This document shows, piece after piece, positions 25,311 through 35,589 of a stretch of 64,000 nt of DNA. The stretch is taken from NCBI GenBank assembly GCA_947586855.1, contig CANPXV010000008.1, positions 8,872-72,871 on the forward strand, written 5' to 3'. Source of the DNA: an uncultured Clostridia bacterium. Its GTDB lineage: Bacteria > Bacillota > Clostridia > Christensenellales > CAG-314. Numbering within the stretch: position 1 is the stretch's first letter; every line of letters starts with the position of its first letter. Below the pieces are notes generated by a model. The model worked only from the letters and a program-made list of their open reading frames with translations. It made no database searches and was not told the DNA's origin. The position numbers and the translations under genes were made by a program.

Positions 25311-26189
25311 ATGTACACGATAAGCTGCGAATCCACTGCGGATCTCAATTTGAGGTACTTTACGCAACGAAACATACCCGTCATTGCCTACGCCTACACG
25401 CTGGACGGAACCGACTACCCCGACGACATGCGAGAGGGCAACGGTCTGGCGATATTTTACAGTCAGTTGGCCGCCGGCAAGCACCCCACCACGTCCCTCA
25501 TCAATGTGGAGCGCTACAAGGAGTTTTTCCGTCCGCTGCTGCAACAGGGGGATCTTCTGCACTTGGCGTTCAGCTCGGCGCTATCCAACTCGGTGATAAA
25601 CGCCCTTGCCGCCGCCGAAGAACTGCAAGAGGAGTTTCCCGACAGAAAAATCTACGTTGTGGATACAACCTGCGCCTGCGTGGGCTTTGGCATGCTGGTG
25701 GACTGTGCGGCCGACCTGCGAGATGACGGCCAATCGATAGAGGAAGTGTATCGCTGGACGCTGGACAATCGCACCAAGCTGCACCACATATTTTACAGCA
25801 CCACGCTGACCTACTTCCGCCGCAGCGGCAGAGTGTCCAGCGCAGCGGCGCTCATCGGCAACATTTTGCGCATCTGCCCCGTGATGCACACGGATATAAA
25901 CGGCAAAATCGTGCCCGTGGGCAAATCGATAAGCGAGGCCAAGGCCGCAGGCAAAATGCTGGAAGTGATCGACAGCAGTATCCGAGACGGCGCCGACTAC
26001 GACGGCAAGCTGTGGCTGGGACACACCAACTACATCTGCTCCGCCAACAAAATGGCCGCCGCACTGCAACAGCGCTATCCCAAGGCGGATGTGCGTATCT
26101 TCGACATCGGCCCCGTGATCGCCGCCCACTGCGGCCCCGGCACCGTGTTTGCCTGCTATTGGGGAGCCGACAGGGTGCCCGCAAAATAA
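25311..26189 (+). CDS. DegV-family fatty-acid-binding protein
   Basis: SCESTADL.., TS.IN, V.DS/T...G.G and YF.RSGR blocks. AAAGGAGA lies upstream. Confidence 0.85.
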   Translation: MYTISCESTADLNLRYFTQRNIPVIAYAYTLDGTDYPDDMREGNGLAIFYSQLAAGKHPTTSLINVERYKEFFRPLLQQGDLLHLAFSSALSNSVINALAAAEELQEEFPDRKIYVVDTTCACVGFGMLVDCAADLRDDGQSIEEVYRWTLDNRTKLHHIFYSTTLTYFRRSGRVSSAAALIGNILRICPVMHTDINGKIVPVGKSISEAKAAGKMLEVIDSSIRDGADYDGKLWLGHTNYICSANKMAAALQQRYPKADVRIFDIGPVIAAHCGPGTVFACYWGADRVPAK

Positions 26190-26212
26190 ATCATAGCTGA
26201 CAAGGAGACAAT

Positions 26213-27085
26213 ATGTTTGTACTTAGCTGTGAATCGACAGTTGATCTGACCTTGCGCCATCTGCAAGAACGAAACATTTCGGCAATTGCCTACACCTACA
26301 TCATCGACGGCAAGGAATACTTTGACGATATGCGAGAGGGGGACGGCCTGCAACAATTTTATGCCCAGCTTGTGGCGGGCAAGCAGCCATCTACCTCGCT
26401 GATAAACGTGGACAGATATGCGGCGTACTTCCGCACGCTGCTGCAACAGGGCGACGCATTGCACATCACGTTCAGCTCGGGCTTGTCGCAATCGGCGTCC
26501 AACGCCGCCGTCGCCGCCGAGCTGGTGCAAAAGGAGTTTCCTCGCCGCAAGCTGTTTGTGGTGGACTCGCTGTGCGCAAGCGTGGGCTACGGTTTGTTTG
26601 TGGATACGTTGGCCGACCTGCGAGACAAGGGCAAATCGATAGAGGACGTGCGGCGCTTTGCATCGGACAATCGCAACAGGCTGGTGCATCAATTTTACAG
26701 TACCACGCTGACCTACTTCCGCCGCAGCGGCAGAGTGTCCGGGCCGGCAGCCCTCATCGGAAACCTGCTGAAACTGTGCCCCATCATGCAAATTGACGGC
26801 GCCGGCAAGATCGTGGCCTACACCAAGGTGATGAGCGAAACCAAGGCGATAGACAAAACCCTTGCGGAGATTTCTCGGAAAATCGAGAACGGCACCGACT
26901 ACGACGGCAAGCTGTGGGTGGGCCACTCCGACTACATCTCCTCGGCCGACAAGGTTGCCCAACGCCTGAAAGAACTGTACTCCAAGGCCGACGTGCGCAT
27001 CTTCGACATCGGCCCCGTGATCGCCTCTCACTGCGGCCCGGGCACGCTGGCGGTGTTCTTTTGGGGAGACAAGCTGCCGGGATAG
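26213..27085 (+). CDS. DegV-family fatty-acid-binding protein (tandem paralog)
   Basis: Colinear with the previous gene (LSCESTVDL.., STTLTYFRRSGRVS is identical in both). Confidence 0.85.
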   Translation: MFVLSCESTVDLTLRHLQERNISAIAYTYIIDGKEYFDDMREGDGLQQFYAQLVAGKQPSTSLINVDRYAAYFRTLLQQGDALHITFSSGLSQSASNAAVAAELVQKEFPRRKLFVVDSLCASVGYGLFVDTLADLRDKGKSIEDVRRFASDNRNRLVHQFYSTTLTYFRRSGRVSGPAALIGNLLKLCPIMQIDGAGKIVAYTKVMSETKAIDKTLAEISRKIENGTDYDGKLWVGHSDYISSADKVAQRLKELYSKADVRIFDIGPVIASHCGPGTLAVFFWGDKLPG

Positions 27086-27103
27086 GGATTTTCCGTCCAA
27101 ACG

Positions 27104-27166
27104 CACCTCGCACCTCGCCGGTGAGGCGAGCAGGGGAAATATCAAGCACTCGTCGTTGACGAGTGC
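27104..27166 (+). repeat. Mosaic REP-like units plus terminator hairpin downstream of degV
   Basis: CACCTCGCACCTCGCCGGTGAGGCGAGCAGGGG, then GCACTCGTCgttGACGAGTGC and T7. Confidence 0.8.
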
Positions 27167-27197
27167 AGTTTTTTTATAAATATATTTTCATTGTGGT

Positions 27198-27698
27198 TTG
27201 GTGATTTTTATTTTATTGATTAAACTTATTTTTCATTGGAGTTGGTATGTTTTTATTTCGTTGAATAATTTTTATTTTTTTGTGGTTAGTATGTCTTTAT
27301 TATTGTTTAATGTTTTGTTTTTTGAAAGAAATTTTTTGTGGGAGCTTCCCGTCCAAAGTAATGCGTTGCCTTGGCTGAATATCATTTACCAAGCAACCGA
27401 CCACTGCTATTCGGGAGCCTGCGCTTTTACGTTTTGTTTTCTCCTGCAAACTAACATTTATCACAGAACAAAAAAACTAAAATATAAAATATCAAAAGGC
27501 GCTTTTGAAGTAAATTCGGAAAAAATTTTTGTTGATAGATGTTTGATTAAAATGGTACTTGCTATCCGTTCGGAAAAAAAGCACCTCACAATTTTTTGTA
27601 AACCACAACTTCTCTTTTTCTTTTCAATAAACTACTACTTTTTCCTATTATATTTTATATTATCTTTTTTCTCGATTACAAATGTAATTCAACTTTAA
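27198..27698 (+). CDS. Possible AT-rich hydrophobic membrane protein (very uncertain; could be non-coding repeat DNA)
   Basis: A 166-codon open frame inside a strongly AT-rich island. There is no convincing RBS. The N-terminal 40 codons are homologous to minus-strand ORF 35594..35812. Confidence 0.25.
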   Translation: MVIFILLIKLIFHWSWYVFISLNNFYFFVVSMSLLLFNVLFFERNFLWELPVQSNALPWLNIIYQATDHCYSGACAFTFCFLLQTNIYHRTKKLKYKISKGAFEVNSEKIFVDRCLIKMVLAIRSEKKHLTIFCKPQLLFFFSINYYFFLLYFILSFFSITNVIQL

Positions 27699-27769
27699 TA
27701 AAAATATCAACTAAAATTTTTTATAAAACCCCCTGCACTCATCGCAGACGAATGGCATATACTGCTCAA

Positions 27770-27830
27770 CTCGCCCCACCGGCGAGGTGCGGCGAGGTGG
27801 CCCCACCGACGAGGGGTGAGGGCGAGGCGA
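27770..27830 (-). repeat. Mosaic REP-like units downstream of the minus-strand operon
   Basis: CTCGCCCCACCGGCGAGGTGCGGCGAGGTGGCCCCACCGACGAGG (reverse orientation). Confidence 0.75.
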
Positions 27831-27832
27831 TA

Positions 27833-28558
27833 TTAGTTGTGCTTGTGCAGATAGTAGTAGGCAAACACGTCGTCGCCGCAGGGCATTTCGGACAGGCCTT
27901 GGCGGGTGCGCTCGGCGTTGTAGGGCGTTTGCACACGGCGAAAAGTCCACCAAAGGTCGTCATATTCTATCACAATGCCGCTTGCGACGGGCTGGGCGTG
28001 GCAACCCACGCTGCCCACATCGACATAGAGCAGCCTGCCCTGAAATTGGCACGGCTCGTGCTTGTGCCCGAAAAACACTGCGTCGGCCTGCGTCCCATCG
28101 AAAATGGCGTCGAAGGCCTGCACCGACGGGGTGAGCTGCAAGGGCATAAAGGGATAGACCTGCCAATCGAAGGGCGTTGGCGCAAGTGCGTAGTGGCAAA
28201 ACAGTAGCTTTTGCCCGCCGCAAATGCGTGTGACGGACAGGGGCAAGCGGCTGACAGCCTGCCTAAGCGACTCTGTGAGGGTTCCAAACACAAACTTTTT
28301 GTGCGGGGCGGGCACGTGGGAATATTCTCTTACGGAAGTTTCGCCCAGCACAAAATCCCTGTCGTGATTGCCCAGCAGGCAGGTGACGTCGCTGCGAGAA
28401 AGCAGCAGTTCCAGACACTCTCTGCTGTTGGGGCCGATATCCACCACGTCGCCAAGATGGATAATTTCGTCGCAAGAAAGGCCGTCCAACAGTGCAAGAA
28501 CGGCTGTTAGAGCCTCTAAGTTGCCGTGTATGTCGGTGATGACTCCAATACGTTTCAT
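27833..28558 (-). CDS. Metallophosphoesterase-family protein
   Basis: VITDIHGN, LGDVVDIGP and GNHD motifs. Confidence 0.8.
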   Translation of the reverse strand: MKRIGVITDIHGNLEALTAVLALLDGLSCDEIIHLGDVVDIGPNSRECLELLLSRSDVTCLLGNHDRDFVLGETSVREYSHVPAPHKKFVFGTLTESLRQAVSRLPLSVTRICGGQKLLFCHYALAPTPFDWQVYPFMPLQLTPSVQAFDAIFDGTQADAVFFGHKHEPCQFQGRLLYVDVGSVGCHAQPVASGIVIEYDDLWWTFRRVQTPYNAERTRQGLSEMPCGDDVFAYYYLHKHN

Positions 28559-28965
28559 ATCTACATTATACTACTGTTTGTTGCAAAGAGCAAACAAAAA
28601 CAGCCCGTTTGCTGCGAGCCGCAATTGTTTTTTTTAATTCTGTAAACAAGTTCTTTGAAAAACGTAGCAATACCGAAATGTGATGTGAACATGTCAAATA
28701 CATTTTAGAATATATATTTTTTTAGTTCAAAAAAAATACGGGTTTTGAGAAATGTTGATATTCCAATATGTGATGTGGGCGCAGTTCATACATTTAGGAA
28801 TATAAATTGTTGTATTATTCTGTAAAAATCAGGTTCGTTAAAATATCGAAATACTAAGAGGTGATGTGTGTGGCGACATTTCAAAATATGAAGTACCCCG
28901 ACGAAAATCAACTCGTCGGGGCAAATGTTTATTTTTTCAACTCGTTTTATCCCAACATTCGGCTG

Positions 28966-30444
28966 TCAGCCCAGACGGGCACGGCGGATGCAATCGGCCC
29001 AGCCCTGCACAAGGGACAGACGGGTGGCTTGGTCCATAGTGGGCACAAAGGTGCGTTCTATCTTTTTGTTGCGCTTGATCTCCTCCGTGCTGCGCCAATA
29101 GCCCACGGTCAATCCCGCCAGATAGCATGCGCCCAGTGCGGTGGTCTCGATCACCTTGGGGCGCACAACGTTGGTCTGCAAAATATCCGCCTGAAATTGC
29201 ATCAAAAAGTTGTTTGCGGAGCCGCCGCCGTCCACATTCAACGAGGTTATCGGGCTGCCGAGGTCCTGCTCCATCGCCTTGGCCACGTCGTACACCTGAT
29301 AGGCGATACTTTCCAACGCCGCCCGCACAAAGTGCTCCTTGGTGGCGCCTCGGGTAAGCCCAAACACGGTGCCCCGCACCTTAGAGTCCCAATAGGGTGC
29401 GCCCAGCCCCACAAAAGCGGGCACAATGTACACCCCGTTGGTGTTTTTGACCCGCATTGCGTAGCGTTCGCTATCGGACGCCTGATGTATCAGACGCATT
29501 TCGTCCCGCAGCCACTGCACTATTGCGCCGCCCATAAACACGCTGCCTTCCAGCGCATACTGGGGTTGCCAATCGGTGCCGGCGGCCAGCGTTGTTACCA
29601 AACCCTGCGAGCGGACGGGCTTGTCGCCCGTGTTCATCAGCATAAAACAGCCCGTGCCAAAGGTGTTTTTCATGGAGCCGACCTCCACGCACAGCTGACC
29701 GAACAGCGCCGCCTGCTGATCGCCCACCACGCTGCAAATGGGCACCTTGGCGCCCAGCATTGTGACGTCGGCATAGCCGTACATATACCCCGACGGCTTT
29801 ACCTCGGGCAGCATGCAGGCGGGGATATCGAACAATTGCAGCAGGTCGTCGTCCCAACGCAGCGTGTGGATATTGAACAGCATGGTGCGTGCGGCATTGG
29901 TGTAGTCGGTGGCAAAAATTTTGCCCTTGGACAGGTGCCACATCAGGTAAGTATCCACCGTGCCAAAGCACAGCTCTCCCTTCTCGGCACGTGTCCGCAC
30001 GCCTGCGATGTTATCCAATATCCACTTCAACTTGGTGGCGGAAAAATATGCGTCCAGCACCAGCCCCGTCTTGTCGTAGATGAGTTGCTCGCAGCCCTGT
30101 TGCCGCAACAAGTCGCAGTAGTCGGCGGTGCGGCGGCACTGCCACACGATGGCGTTGTAGACGGGTTTGCCCGTTTTTCTGTCCCACACAAGGGTGGTTT
30201 CTCGCTGGTTGGTGATGCCCACGGCGGCAATATCCTTGCCCGTGACGCCCGCCCGCACAAATGCCTCGGCGATGACGCCCACCTGACTGCTGAGAATGTC
30301 GCTGGGGTTGTGCTCGACCCAGCCGCTGCGGGGATACACCTGCGGAAACTCCTGCTGGGCACGGGCAACAATCTCGCCGTTGTGGTCAAAAATCACCGCA
30401 CGAGAGCTTGTTGTGCCCTGATCCAGCGCAAGAATGTACTTCAT
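28966..30444 (-). CDS. glpK: Glycerol kinase
   Basis: [27 protein letters not shown] and a [12 protein letters not shown] block. Confidence 0.93.
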   Translation of the reverse strand: MKYILALDQGTTSSRAVIFDHNGEIVARAQQEFPQVYPRSGWVEHNPSDILSSQVGVIAEAFVRAGVTGKDIAAVGITNQRETTLVWDRKTGKPVYNAIVWQCRRTADYCDLLRQQGCEQLIYDKTGLVLDAYFSATKLKWILDNIAGVRTRAEKGELCFGTVDTYLMWHLSKGKIFATDYTNAARTMLFNIHTLRWDDDLLQLFDIPACMLPEVKPSGYMYGYADVTMLGAKVPICSVVGDQQAALFGQLCVEVGSMKNTFGTGCFMLMNTGDKPVRSQGLVTTLAAGTDWQPQYALEGSVFMGGAIVQWLRDEMRLIHQASDSERYAMRVKNTNGVYIVPAFVGLGAPYWDSKVRGTVFGLTRGATKEHFVRAALESIAYQVYDVAKAMEQDLGSPITSLNVDGGGSANNFLMQFQADILQTNVVRPKVIETTALGACYLAGLTVGYWRSTEEIKRNKKIERTFVPTMDQATRLSLVQGWADCIRRARLG

Positions 30445-30460
30445 AGTTTGTCCTTTTGCG

Positions 30461-31387
30461 TTATTTGCTTGCCACAAGCGCCAGCGCACGGCGGCAGATG
30501 TCGTCGGCGGTGAGGCCGTAGTCCCGTTTGAGATCGTCCAGCTTGCCCACCTGCGTCAGCCTGTCCCTGACGGCCACTGCATCGCACAGCGTGGGCACCT
30601 TGGCGGACAACACCTCTGTCACGGCCGAATACAATCCGCCGTGGATACTGTGATTTTCTACCGTCAGCACGCAGCGAGTTTTGCGGGCCGACGCCAAGAT
30701 GGCCTCTTCGTCCAGCGGTTTGACGGTGTGTATGCCCAGCAAATCCACCGATATGCCATTGACGGCCAACCTCTCGGCCGCCTTGACTGCGTCAAAAAGC
30801 ATGGTGCCGCTTGCCACAATGGTGACGTCCTCGCCCGAGCGCAGATGCTCGGCCTTGCCAAAGCGGAACACGTAGTCCTCGCCGAAGAGGGTATCCGTTT
30901 GCTTGCGCACAAAGCGCATGTACATGGGGCCGTTGTGCTGCACAATATAGGGCAAAGCCTTGCGCAGCTGCACGCCGTCGGTGATATCCAGCACGGCAAC
31001 GTTGCACAGCGCACGCATGCAGGCCATATCCTCAAACGTCATGTGCGTACCGCCGTTGTAGGTGGTGTGCACACCGGGGTCAAAGCCCACGATCCTGACG
31101 TTTTGTTCGCTGTAACTGACGGACACGGCAATCTGGTCGAAAATGCGCCGTGTGGAGAAGGGTGCAAAACTGTGGATAAAGGGCACAAAGCCGCAAGATG
31201 CCAGCCCCACTGCCACGCACGCCATGTTGGCCTCTGCCACGCCCACGTTGAGGCACCTGTCGGGGAACTCGGCATACAGCGGTTTGGTGCCGCCTGCGCC
31301 CGCAAGGTCGGCGTCCAAAATAAATATTTTGTCGTTTTGTTTCATCAAGCGGGACAGTTCGCCCGCATATTCCTTACGCAATTCCAT
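30461..31387 (-). CDS. Transketolase, C-terminal (pyrimidine-binding) subunit
   Basis: 308 aa, colinear with split-transketolase subunit B ([15 protein letters not shown]..). Confidence 0.85.
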   Translation of the reverse strand: MELRKEYAGELSRLMKQNDKIFILDADLAGAGGTKPLYAEFPDRCLNVGVAEANMACVAVGLASCGFVPFIHSFAPFSTRRIFDQIAVSVSYSEQNVRIVGFDPGVHTTYNGGTHMTFEDMACMRALCNVAVLDITDGVQLRKALPYIVQHNGPMYMRFVRKQTDTLFGEDYVFRFGKAEHLRSGEDVTIVASGTMLFDAVKAAERLAVNGISVDLLGIHTVKPLDEEAILASARKTRCVLTVENHSIHGGLYSAVTEVLSAKVPTLCDAVAVRDRLTQVGKLDDLKRDYGLTADDICRRALALVASK

Positions 31388-31398
31388 AGCGGCCCCTC

Positions 31399-32202
31399 CT
31401 ATTTAAGTTCTTCCAGAGCGGCGGCATACTGCTCGTCGGTGACGGTTGTGCTGTGCACGCCTGCGCCCATTGTCTCGTAAAAGCTGACGCCCTTGCCCTT
31501 GATGGTATCCATGATAATGCAGTGCGGCTTGCCCGACACAGCCTTGGCACGGCAGATGGCGTCGTCGATGGCCTTGTGGTCGTGGCCGTTGATACGCTGG
31601 GTATCAAACCCAAACGCCTTGAACTTGGCCACCAGATCCTCCACGTCCATCACGTCCCTTGTGTAGCCGTCTATCTGCATTTTGTTGCTATCCACAAACA
31701 CGATCATGTGGTCGAGGTGCTTGTCCGCCGCCAACATGGCCGCCTCCCAATTTTGCCCCTCTTGCAGCTCGCCTTCGCCCGTGATAACGTACACATACCT
31801 GTTGATACCACGCACCCTGTCGGCAATGGCCAGCCCGCATGCGCAGGAGAACCCTTGCCCAAGGCTGCCCGCCGTCATATCCACGCCGGGGGTCAGGTTG
31901 ATGTTGACGTGGCTGGGCAAGCGTGTGCCCAACTTGTTGAGGGTGTCCAACCACTCCAACGGGAAAAATCCTTTGAGCGCAAGCGTGGCGTACAGCGCAG
32001 GGCCTGCGTGGCCTTTGCTTAGCACCAGCTTGTCCCTATCGTCCATTTTGGGGTTGGTGGGATCGACGTGCATATGGCGAGAATACAACACTGCAAGCAG
32101 GTCCACAATGGACAAGCTGCCGCCCACATGCCCCGACCCTTGCGAGTGGAGACAGCGCAGGGTGTTGCGACGGATTTCCTTACTGAACAAAACAGTATCC
32201 AT
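31399..32202 (-). CDS. Transketolase, N-terminal (TPP-binding) subunit
   Basis: GSGHVGGSLS, LSKGHA and GSLGQG motifs. The start is at 32202 (MDTVLFSKEIR). Confidence 0.85.
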   Translation of the reverse strand: MDTVLFSKEIRRNTLRCLHSQGSGHVGGSLSIVDLLAVLYSRHMHVDPTNPKMDDRDKLVLSKGHAGPALYATLALKGFFPLEWLDTLNKLGTRLPSHVNINLTPGVDMTAGSLGQGFSCACGLAIADRVRGINRYVYVITGEGELQEGQNWEAAMLAADKHLDHMIVFVDSNKMQIDGYTRDVMDVEDLVAKFKAFGFDTQRINGHDHKAIDDAICRAKAVSGKPHCIIMDTIKGKGVSFYETMGAGVHSTTVTDEQYAAALEELK

Positions 32203-32221
32203 ACCAATTTTACCTCTTTTT

Positions 32222-34090
32222 TTATTTTTGCGTTTGCGCCAGACCGCCCAGACGGTCGTGGCAGGTGAGATACACCGTTTGCGTGTGCGCCAGACTGCCC
32301 AACAGCTGCGTTGCACGCAAAAAATTGTCGTTATCGAAGTTTACAAAGGCGTCGTCCACTATCAGCAGGGGGATATCCTTTTGATAGAGCAGCTCGCTGA
32401 GCGCCAGCCTGAAACACAGCAAAATTATCTCTCGGATACCTCGGCTGTATTCGCTCATGGGCTTGGTGAGGCCTTGCTGCCGCACGCTTATCTCAAAGTT
32501 GCCCTTGACGGTCACTTCCAGCCCCTGCTGCGTGACTGCCTGCAACAGCTCCGTGGTGCGATTGCACAGCTGCGGCAAGTAGCTAACCGACAGCTTTTGC
32601 TTGGCCTGCGCTAACATATCCGACACGGTTTGCGCCACCTTGTAGCGATATTGCGCCTGCCGTTGCTGCTCCCTGACGTACAACAGCTCGTCCTGCACGG
32701 CCACGCCGTCGGTGTTTAGACGGGCTTGCTCCTCGGCAAGCTGCCCCTGCTCTCGCAAGAGGTCGCCGTTTTGCGCTTCCAGACGGGCAATTTGCTCCTT
32801 GGTGTGGGCAAGCTCCTCTTCGGCGGAGGTGACGTCCGTTTTGGGTTTGAGCATTGGGCGCAGGGCCTCCCTCAGCTGCAACAAACTGCGATAGTTGTTG
32901 CATTTTTCCCACAAAAGGCGGTTGATTTGCGCCACGTCGTCGCCGTCAAAGTACACATACCGCCGTGCCAACGACAAAAATTCCTCTTTGAGGGTCTGCC
33001 CCTCCGACGGTTCTTGCTGCGGTTTGGATGGTTTTTTGGCCAACAGCACCGCTGCGGCCGCAACTGCACAAGCGGCAAACGTGCCCAGCCCGACGGCCAA
33101 AGACAGCACTCCCGTTGCGCCCAACACCGCCATCACTGCACCCACTGCCGCAAACAGGGCGGCTATCGCCCAACGGACGGGGGACAATTTGCCCCGTGGC
33201 GCCGTGTTTTCTGCGGGCAAAGCGGCAATTTTGCGGGCCAGCTCGTCGCACTTGTCGGCGTCCTGTTCCAATTGGGGCGGGACGCACGCAATTTCCTCTT
33301 CCACCTGCCTCAGTCGGGCGGCCACGTCGTCGTCGGAGGTCTGCGCCTGCGCCAACTGCTGCACAAGCTGCGCCTCCCTGTTGCGAAGCGTTTGCCTCTC
33401 GGCGGCGATGCCCTGTTGCTGCCCGTCTATCTGCCGCAAGCGGTCGTCAATTGCAACCTTGCGGCGCTTGGCGGAGTCCACCTCTTTCAGCTGCTCTTCC
33501 AGCCGATACTCTTTTTGTTGCACATCGTATATCAGACCGCCGTTGCCACGCTCGTAGCGCAGATTTTTGCGATAGGCTCGCAATTTTTCCTGCACCGAGT
33601 CATAGTCCTCGGCGCTGTTTTGCACCAGATTGGCCAAACGCTGCTCCAATCCGCTGTTGGACGCCAACTCCACCGCCTCCTGTGGATAGTAGGCCGAGCG
33701 GTCGAAGCTTTCGGCATTGATACCCAACAGTTCCTCGCCGGGACACTGCCAAAACATATCCTCGCCCGACTTTTCGTTGAACACATGCAACGATTCCGCA
33801 CGGGCAGTTGCCCCGAAAAAGCGCTCTATGCGATACGTTTCGCCGTTGTGCTGCACCGTCAGGCTGCCGCCGAACCGCCCGTCGCTGCCCCAGGGCTGCC
33901 AATGGGACGCATCCGAAACGCCGTTTTTGCGGGTGTATGCAAAGCCGTACAGCATGGCCCTGATAAAATTGGCCAAGGTGGATTTGCCAAAACCATTGGG
34001 TCGGCAAAGCACGTTGACGCCCTCGGTAAAGGTGATTTTTTGCTCGCTGAGGCGGCCAAAAGCCTTGATTTCCGCACTGACAAGTCTCAT
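32222..34090 (-). CDS. SbcC/YhaN-like AAA ATPase with coiled coil and central TM segment
   Basis: Walker A CRPNGFGKST. Long coiled-coil regions and a central hydrophobic stretch (WAIAALFAAVGAVMAVLG..). The C-terminus has LLIVDDAF. Confidence 0.75.
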   Translation of the reverse strand: MRLVSAEIKAFGRLSEQKITFTEGVNVLCRPNGFGKSTLANFIRAMLYGFAYTRKNGVSDASHWQPWGSDGRFGGSLTVQHNGETYRIERFFGATARAESLHVFNEKSGEDMFWQCPGEELLGINAESFDRSAYYPQEAVELASNSGLEQRLANLVQNSAEDYDSVQEKLRAYRKNLRYERGNGGLIYDVQQKEYRLEEQLKEVDSAKRRKVAIDDRLRQIDGQQQGIAAERQTLRNREAQLVQQLAQAQTSDDDVAARLRQVEEEIACVPPQLEQDADKCDELARKIAALPAENTAPRGKLSPVRWAIAALFAAVGAVMAVLGATGVLSLAVGLGTFAACAVAAAAVLLAKKPSKPQQEPSEGQTLKEEFLSLARRYVYFDGDDVAQINRLLWEKCNNYRSLLQLREALRPMLKPKTDVTSAEEELAHTKEQIARLEAQNGDLLREQGQLAEEQARLNTDGVAVQDELLYVREQQRQAQYRYKVAQTVSDMLAQAKQKLSVSYLPQLCNRTTELLQAVTQQGLEVTVKGNFEISVRQQGLTKPMSEYSRGIREIILLCFRLALSELLYQKDIPLLIVDDAFVNFDNDNFLRATQLLGSLAHTQTVYLTCHDRLGGLAQTQK

Positions 34091-35121
34091 AGAAGCTCCT
34101 CTCCGCCCAGTGCGGCAAGGCCCATTTTCAGCACGTCGTTGCGCAGTTCTTCGTCCTCTATGTCCATCGCCGCCGACACAAATTCGCCCCGCAGCGACAC
34201 CTCGTTGCCGATGGCCGCAAGGTCCAATCGGGGATGCGTTTCGTCCTTGACACGCAGCGCAAAAAATTTGTGTTCCAGCACCTGCTTGGCGGTCAGCTCC
34301 AACGGAAGCCCCTCTTGCAGCTCTCCCACAAACGCCAGATCGAGGTAGTTGGCGGTGGAAACGTCGGCAATGGCGTCCGCAAGGGCGTCTCTCAGTCCCA
34401 CTCCGCTGACAATAGGCGTGACATCCACCCTTTTGTGCACAATACGTCGTATGCTTTGCGGCACGTAGCGCACGGTGTCGGCGTCGGTATCGATCTCCAC
34501 GAAACCGCCGCTATCGCCCTCGTCGAAGCCTCTCGGCTCGGGCACGCCGCTGTAACACGCACGCACCTTGCCGAATTTGTGCTGCGCAAAGGTGTGTCGG
34601 TGCCCCAACGCAACGTAGTTGACCCCGACGGAAAGCGCTGCCTTGTCGATGAACCCGTAGGCAGGGTCGTCCACATCGCCGTGCAGCACTGCGATGTTGT
34701 AGGCGGTGGGGTCGGGATGGAAATTTTTCCACTGCGCCTCGTCGTCGGCGCCCAGCTCTCTGCCGCATACCACCACATTGCCCAGCGGATAGTACCGCCA
34801 ATCGTCGCCGAAAAATTTTATTTGCGGGCACAGCTGCCCCAACAACGCATAGGGCTCGCTGCCGCCGTGATTGCCCTTCAACACAAACCACTGCGCCCTG
34901 CTGTGCGCCACAATGTCCGCAACCGAATGTACCGTTTGCGACGTGGCAAATCGGTCGTCAAACAGGTCGCCTGCCACGATGATGGCCGCTGCGCCGTTGT
35001 TGTCGGCATAGGCCGCTATGTTTTGGAGGGATTGCACTAACTCCACCCGCCTGATTGCGGGATTGGCTACGCCCGTCATGGGAGAGCCGAGATGCACGTC
35101 CGCCGTGTGTATTATTTTCAT
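34087..35121 (-). CDS. SbcD/Mre11-like DNA repair exonuclease (YhaO-like)
   Basis: MKIIHTADVHLG, AGDLFD, GNHG and GH.H motifs. A 4-nt overlap couples it to the ATPase gene. Confidence 0.8.
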   Translation of the reverse strand: MKIIHTADVHLGSPMTGVANPAIRRVELVQSLQNIAAYADNNGAAAIIVAGDLFDDRFATSQTVHSVADIVAHSRAQWFVLKGNHGGSEPYALLGQLCPQIKFFGDDWRYYPLGNVVVCGRELGADDEAQWKNFHPDPTAYNIAVLHGDVDDPAYGFIDKAALSVGVNYVALGHRHTFAQHKFGKVRACYSGVPEPRGFDEGDSGGFVEIDTDADTVRYVPQSIRRIVHKRVDVTPIVSGVGLRDALADAIADVSTANYLDLAFVGELQEGLPLELTAKQVLEHKFFALRVKDETHPRLDLAAIGNEVSLRGEFVSAAMDIEDEELRNDVLKMGLAALGGEELL

Positions 35122-35223
35122 AAATTACATTGTAACACAAACCCCCAAAACTTTCAATACCAAATACTCCCACGCCGCCAACTTTTCCTCGCTTGTGTTT
35201 GATAGCCGCTTCGCCAGCATGGC

Positions 35224-35294
35224 AACCTCGCCGGTGAGGCCGCCTCGCCGGTGGGGCGAGCAGGGAGGGGCAAGCACACGTCTGCGACGAGTGT
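35224..35294 (+). repeat. Mosaic REP-like units plus hairpin upstream of the yhaO-like operon
   Basis: AACCTCGCCGGTGAGGCCGCCTCGCCGGTGGGGCGAGCAGGGAGGGG, then GCACACGTCtgcGACGAGTGT. Confidence 0.75.
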
Positions 35295-35589
35295 ATGGGG
35301 CTTTAATATAGGACATTTTTTGATAAAGTTTTTTTTTCAAAAATATATTATAAGAATTCATAATTGATTTGTGTACAGAGCAATCACAACATAAAACAAA
35401 TTGCCTTCTACTATACCTACAATCACGGATCTTCACCGAAATCAAGGCCGCAGTTGAGGCACTAAACTTGTGTGAAAAAGAAACAACCGATCGACGTTTG
35501 CTGTTCGTACTTGTATAAATGGTGATATCAATCGAGAATTCTGATTAAACCCGACCTTGGATAACCTCCTCACCTCGCCGATAAGACGA

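Noticed and set aside
28861-30513. 550-aa plus-strand ORF
   Set aside because: It lies antisense to glpK.
32726-34348. 540-aa plus-strand ORF, plus 34234-35040
   Set aside because: Both lie antisense to the YhaN/YhaO-like genes.
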